In this document: piece by piece, positions 62,251-64,000 of the stretch
Layout: every line of letters begins with the position of its first letter
Numbering within the stretch: the first letter of the stretch is position 1
NCBI GenBank assembly: GCA_937991965.1
Contig: CALKLP010000112.1
Location: 3,608-67,607, forward strand
DNA length: 64,000 bases
Direction: 5' to 3'
Source of the DNA: an uncultured Verrucomicrobiales bacterium
GTDB taxonomy: Bacteria; Verrucomicrobiota; Verrucomicrobiia; Verrucomicrobiales; Akkermansiaceae
Program-made: the position numbers and the translations under genes
Notes under the pieces: model-generated
What the model was told of the DNA's origin: nothing
Databases searched by the model: none
Seen by the model: the letters and a program-made list of their open reading frames with translations, nothing else

Positions 62251-63929
62251 TTGTTCGCTTGATGAATCTGGATCTGCGTGAAGGGGATCTCCCAGCCATA
62301 TTCGTTACAGGCATTGAGCGCGAAGCGCTGGAGGTAACAGCCAATTTCCTTATAGAGAGGAGCGACATCACCCGTGAATTCGGCGTTGATTTCGTAATCG
62401 AGGGATGAAGAGCCTGCCTCTGCGAACTCAATGAAAAAGTCCTTTAACTGCGCAGGATCATCGAGCTCAGCGAGTAGTTCCTTTTTAATGTAAGCTTCCA
62501 TTTGCTTTTCGATCTCCGTAGTGGCGATCGCCTGATACTTGTAATCAATGCCGAAGATAATGCTGGAGCGGAATCCGTTGGCGGAGAGGTTGACCGGGTT
62601 CATTTCTAAGAAGGCGGGAGTGGAGATGGATCGCATGCTGCCGCCGACTTCTTTGAGCGTGACGTGCTCGATCGTCTGACGTGTAATTTCGCCCACGACG
62701 TCATCTTCTAGCAAAACCCAGTCTCCTTTTTCTGAAGGGAAATAAGGCTCATCTTTTTTAAAGCTGCGGGAGTGCATGCCTACTAAGTCTCCCAGTGGAA
62801 TGCGGAGTCGCCCGCCTTCAAGGTTGGGATTGATAAGGCGAGAGTAGAACTTAATTTCATCTACAATCCAAGGAAGGTCATTGAAAATAATGCGCTCTTG
62901 CTCCCTGACCGCGCCAATGTTCAAGATCAAGCGCACCTCCTCCACCATGTCGGGGATTTTATCTTTTACCATCCAGAAAACGACGATGAGAAGCAGCGCG
63001 AACACACTGATCAAAAGCCAGTTGTTACAAAGGAGAAAGACGATTGGGATGAGCAAGGTCGCTAGCACCAGCGAACCTAAAAATACAGCCCCATCAATGG
63101 TAGCGAGGTATTCATAACTGAAGCGTTGAGACGCCCCCTTATTCTTCTTGCTGTATTCCATGAACTTCTTGAAGGCGAAATTCGCCCCGAAGAATACGAG
63201 CGAGAAAACGAGGAGGGCAATCAATAGGTGAAGCCCTGTAGACTTGATAAAGGCGGCGAATTTAGCGGATGCGGATTCCATCGGCTTCGTATTCTTCGCG
63301 TTGATTTCATCGAGCACCTGCTGTAAGGTGGCGCTCTTAGCATTCGCCAGTTTGGCGCGACTCGCGTAATCAGCCTGTAGATCGGTGAGTTTTTGGATGA
63401 ATTCAGGGGAGCCCCCTTGATGCTCTGCGATGTAGGCATTAATCTGCTCCACTGCCTTGCCAGAACCTTCTCCTTGCGCCTTGAGTTGTTCAATCGCGAG
63501 ACGAAGATCTTCCTTCTCACGGAGCGAGGCCGTGGTCTCCTTGATCGCACCAAAAAAGGGCTGCAGAATATTCATGAACTCCTCCTCAAGGGTGGATTGT
63601 TCTTCCTCTTCTGCGTAGAGGTCGATCACTTCTTCTCCGACAACGCTGGTTTCGAAGTCTTGTTCGAGCTGGTGTAATTTGGCTAAATCTTCGCTTTGAT
63701 TCGGGGATTCTTGATCCTTCAGGTTTGTTTGTAAGACCTCGATTTGCTTGTAGAGCTCAATGATGACCTGTGAGGACGCAGATTTTTCAGTCGAAGGTGT
63801 GAGTTGTTCCGGAAGAGTAACGGTCGTGTTCTGCGCGGTAAGTGGTAGCGCAAGAATACAGAGGAAGGTAAGAAAGTGTCTAAGCTTGTTCACAGAGACT
63901 GTGATAAAGAAACTGTAACTTTTTTCCAA
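62247..63929 (-). CDS. MscS-family mechanosensitive channel-like protein with N-terminal periplasmic coiled-coil
   Basis: 560 aa. Signal/anchor, long helical acidic region and 3-4 TM segments. Then GDWVLLEDDVVGEITRQTIEHVTLKEVGGSMRSISTPAFLEMNPVNLS, which resembles the MscS beta-domain. Confidence 0.6.
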   Translation of the reverse strand: MEKSYSFFITVSVNKLRHFLTFLCILALPLTAQNTTVTLPEQLTPSTEKSASSQVIIELYKQIEVLQTNLKDQESPNQSEDLAKLHQLEQDFETSVVGEEVIDLYAEEEEQSTLEEEFMNILQPFFGAIKETTASLREKEDLRLAIEQLKAQGEGSGKAVEQINAYIAEHQGGSPEFIQKLTDLQADYASRAKLANAKSATLQQVLDEINAKNTKPMESASAKFAAFIKSTGLHLLIALLVFSLVFFGANFAFKKFMEYSKKNKGASQRFSYEYLATIDGAVFLGSLVLATLLIPIVFLLCNNWLLISVFALLLIVVFWMVKDKIPDMVEEVRLILNIGAVREQERIIFNDLPWIVDEIKFYSRLINPNLEGGRLRIPLGDLVGMHSRSFKKDEPYFPSEKGDWVLLEDDVVGEITRQTIEHVTLKEVGGSMRSISTPAFLEMNPVNLSANGFRSSIIFGIDYKYQAIATTEIEKQMEAYIKKELLAELDDPAQLKDFFIEFAEAGSSSLDYEINAEFTGDVAPLYKEIGCYLQRFALNACNEYGWEIPFTQIQIHQANN

Positions 63930-64000
63930 TAAAAAAGATCTTGAGAGGCTTTAAAGAGCAATATAATTCTCGTTCTCTAATAACTCAATTAGCTGCTCTA

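Overview
This is a gene-dense 64-kb chromosomal window from a Gram-negative bacterium. It looks PVC-like (a Verrucomicrobiota-type guess), based only on the exosortase/PEP-CTERM genes, the ECF-sigma plus Ser/Thr-kinase pairing and the LPS genes. Left edge (1-7.8 kb): housekeeping and LPS genes kdsB, pyrG, an LpxL-family acyltransferase, ssb, rpsF, pth, rplY(ctc) and prs. Centre (7.8-51.2 kb): one uninterrupted minus-strand glycan megalocus of about 40 genes. It encodes a priming polyprenyl-P sugar transferase, a Wzy_C/TPR protein and a GT-C-like protein. It also carries a mycobacterial-type polyprenyl-P-arabinose (DPA) trio (UbiA/DprE1/DprE2-like), EpsI plus exosortase, and a GDP-D-glycero-alpha-D-manno-heptose pathway (GmhA, HddA, HddC-GmhB fusion). 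Assembly and modification genes include four GT4 and two GT26 glycosyltransferases, Wzx, a Wzy-like protein, three AT3 acyltransferases, an MBOAT pair and five sulfotransferase-like genes of two families. Nucleotide-sugar and sulfate-activation genes include GalE, UDP-xylose synthase, a DegT aminotransferase, cysN-cysD-cysC (PAPS supply) and a GDP-mannose 3,5-epimerase. Right edge (51.4-64 kb): an LptF/G-type permease, a large U32 peptidase, and an ECF sigma factor co-transcribed with a transmembrane Ser/Thr kinase whose catalytic lysine is displaced as in WNK kinases. A PEP-CTERM protein is transcribed divergently from that pair, followed by small membrane/secreted proteins, an SDR and an MscS-like channel. 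I recognised no rRNA, tRNA, CRISPR, IS or phage genes. All functional calls rest on motif and family recognition by eye from the supplied translations; no database search was possible.
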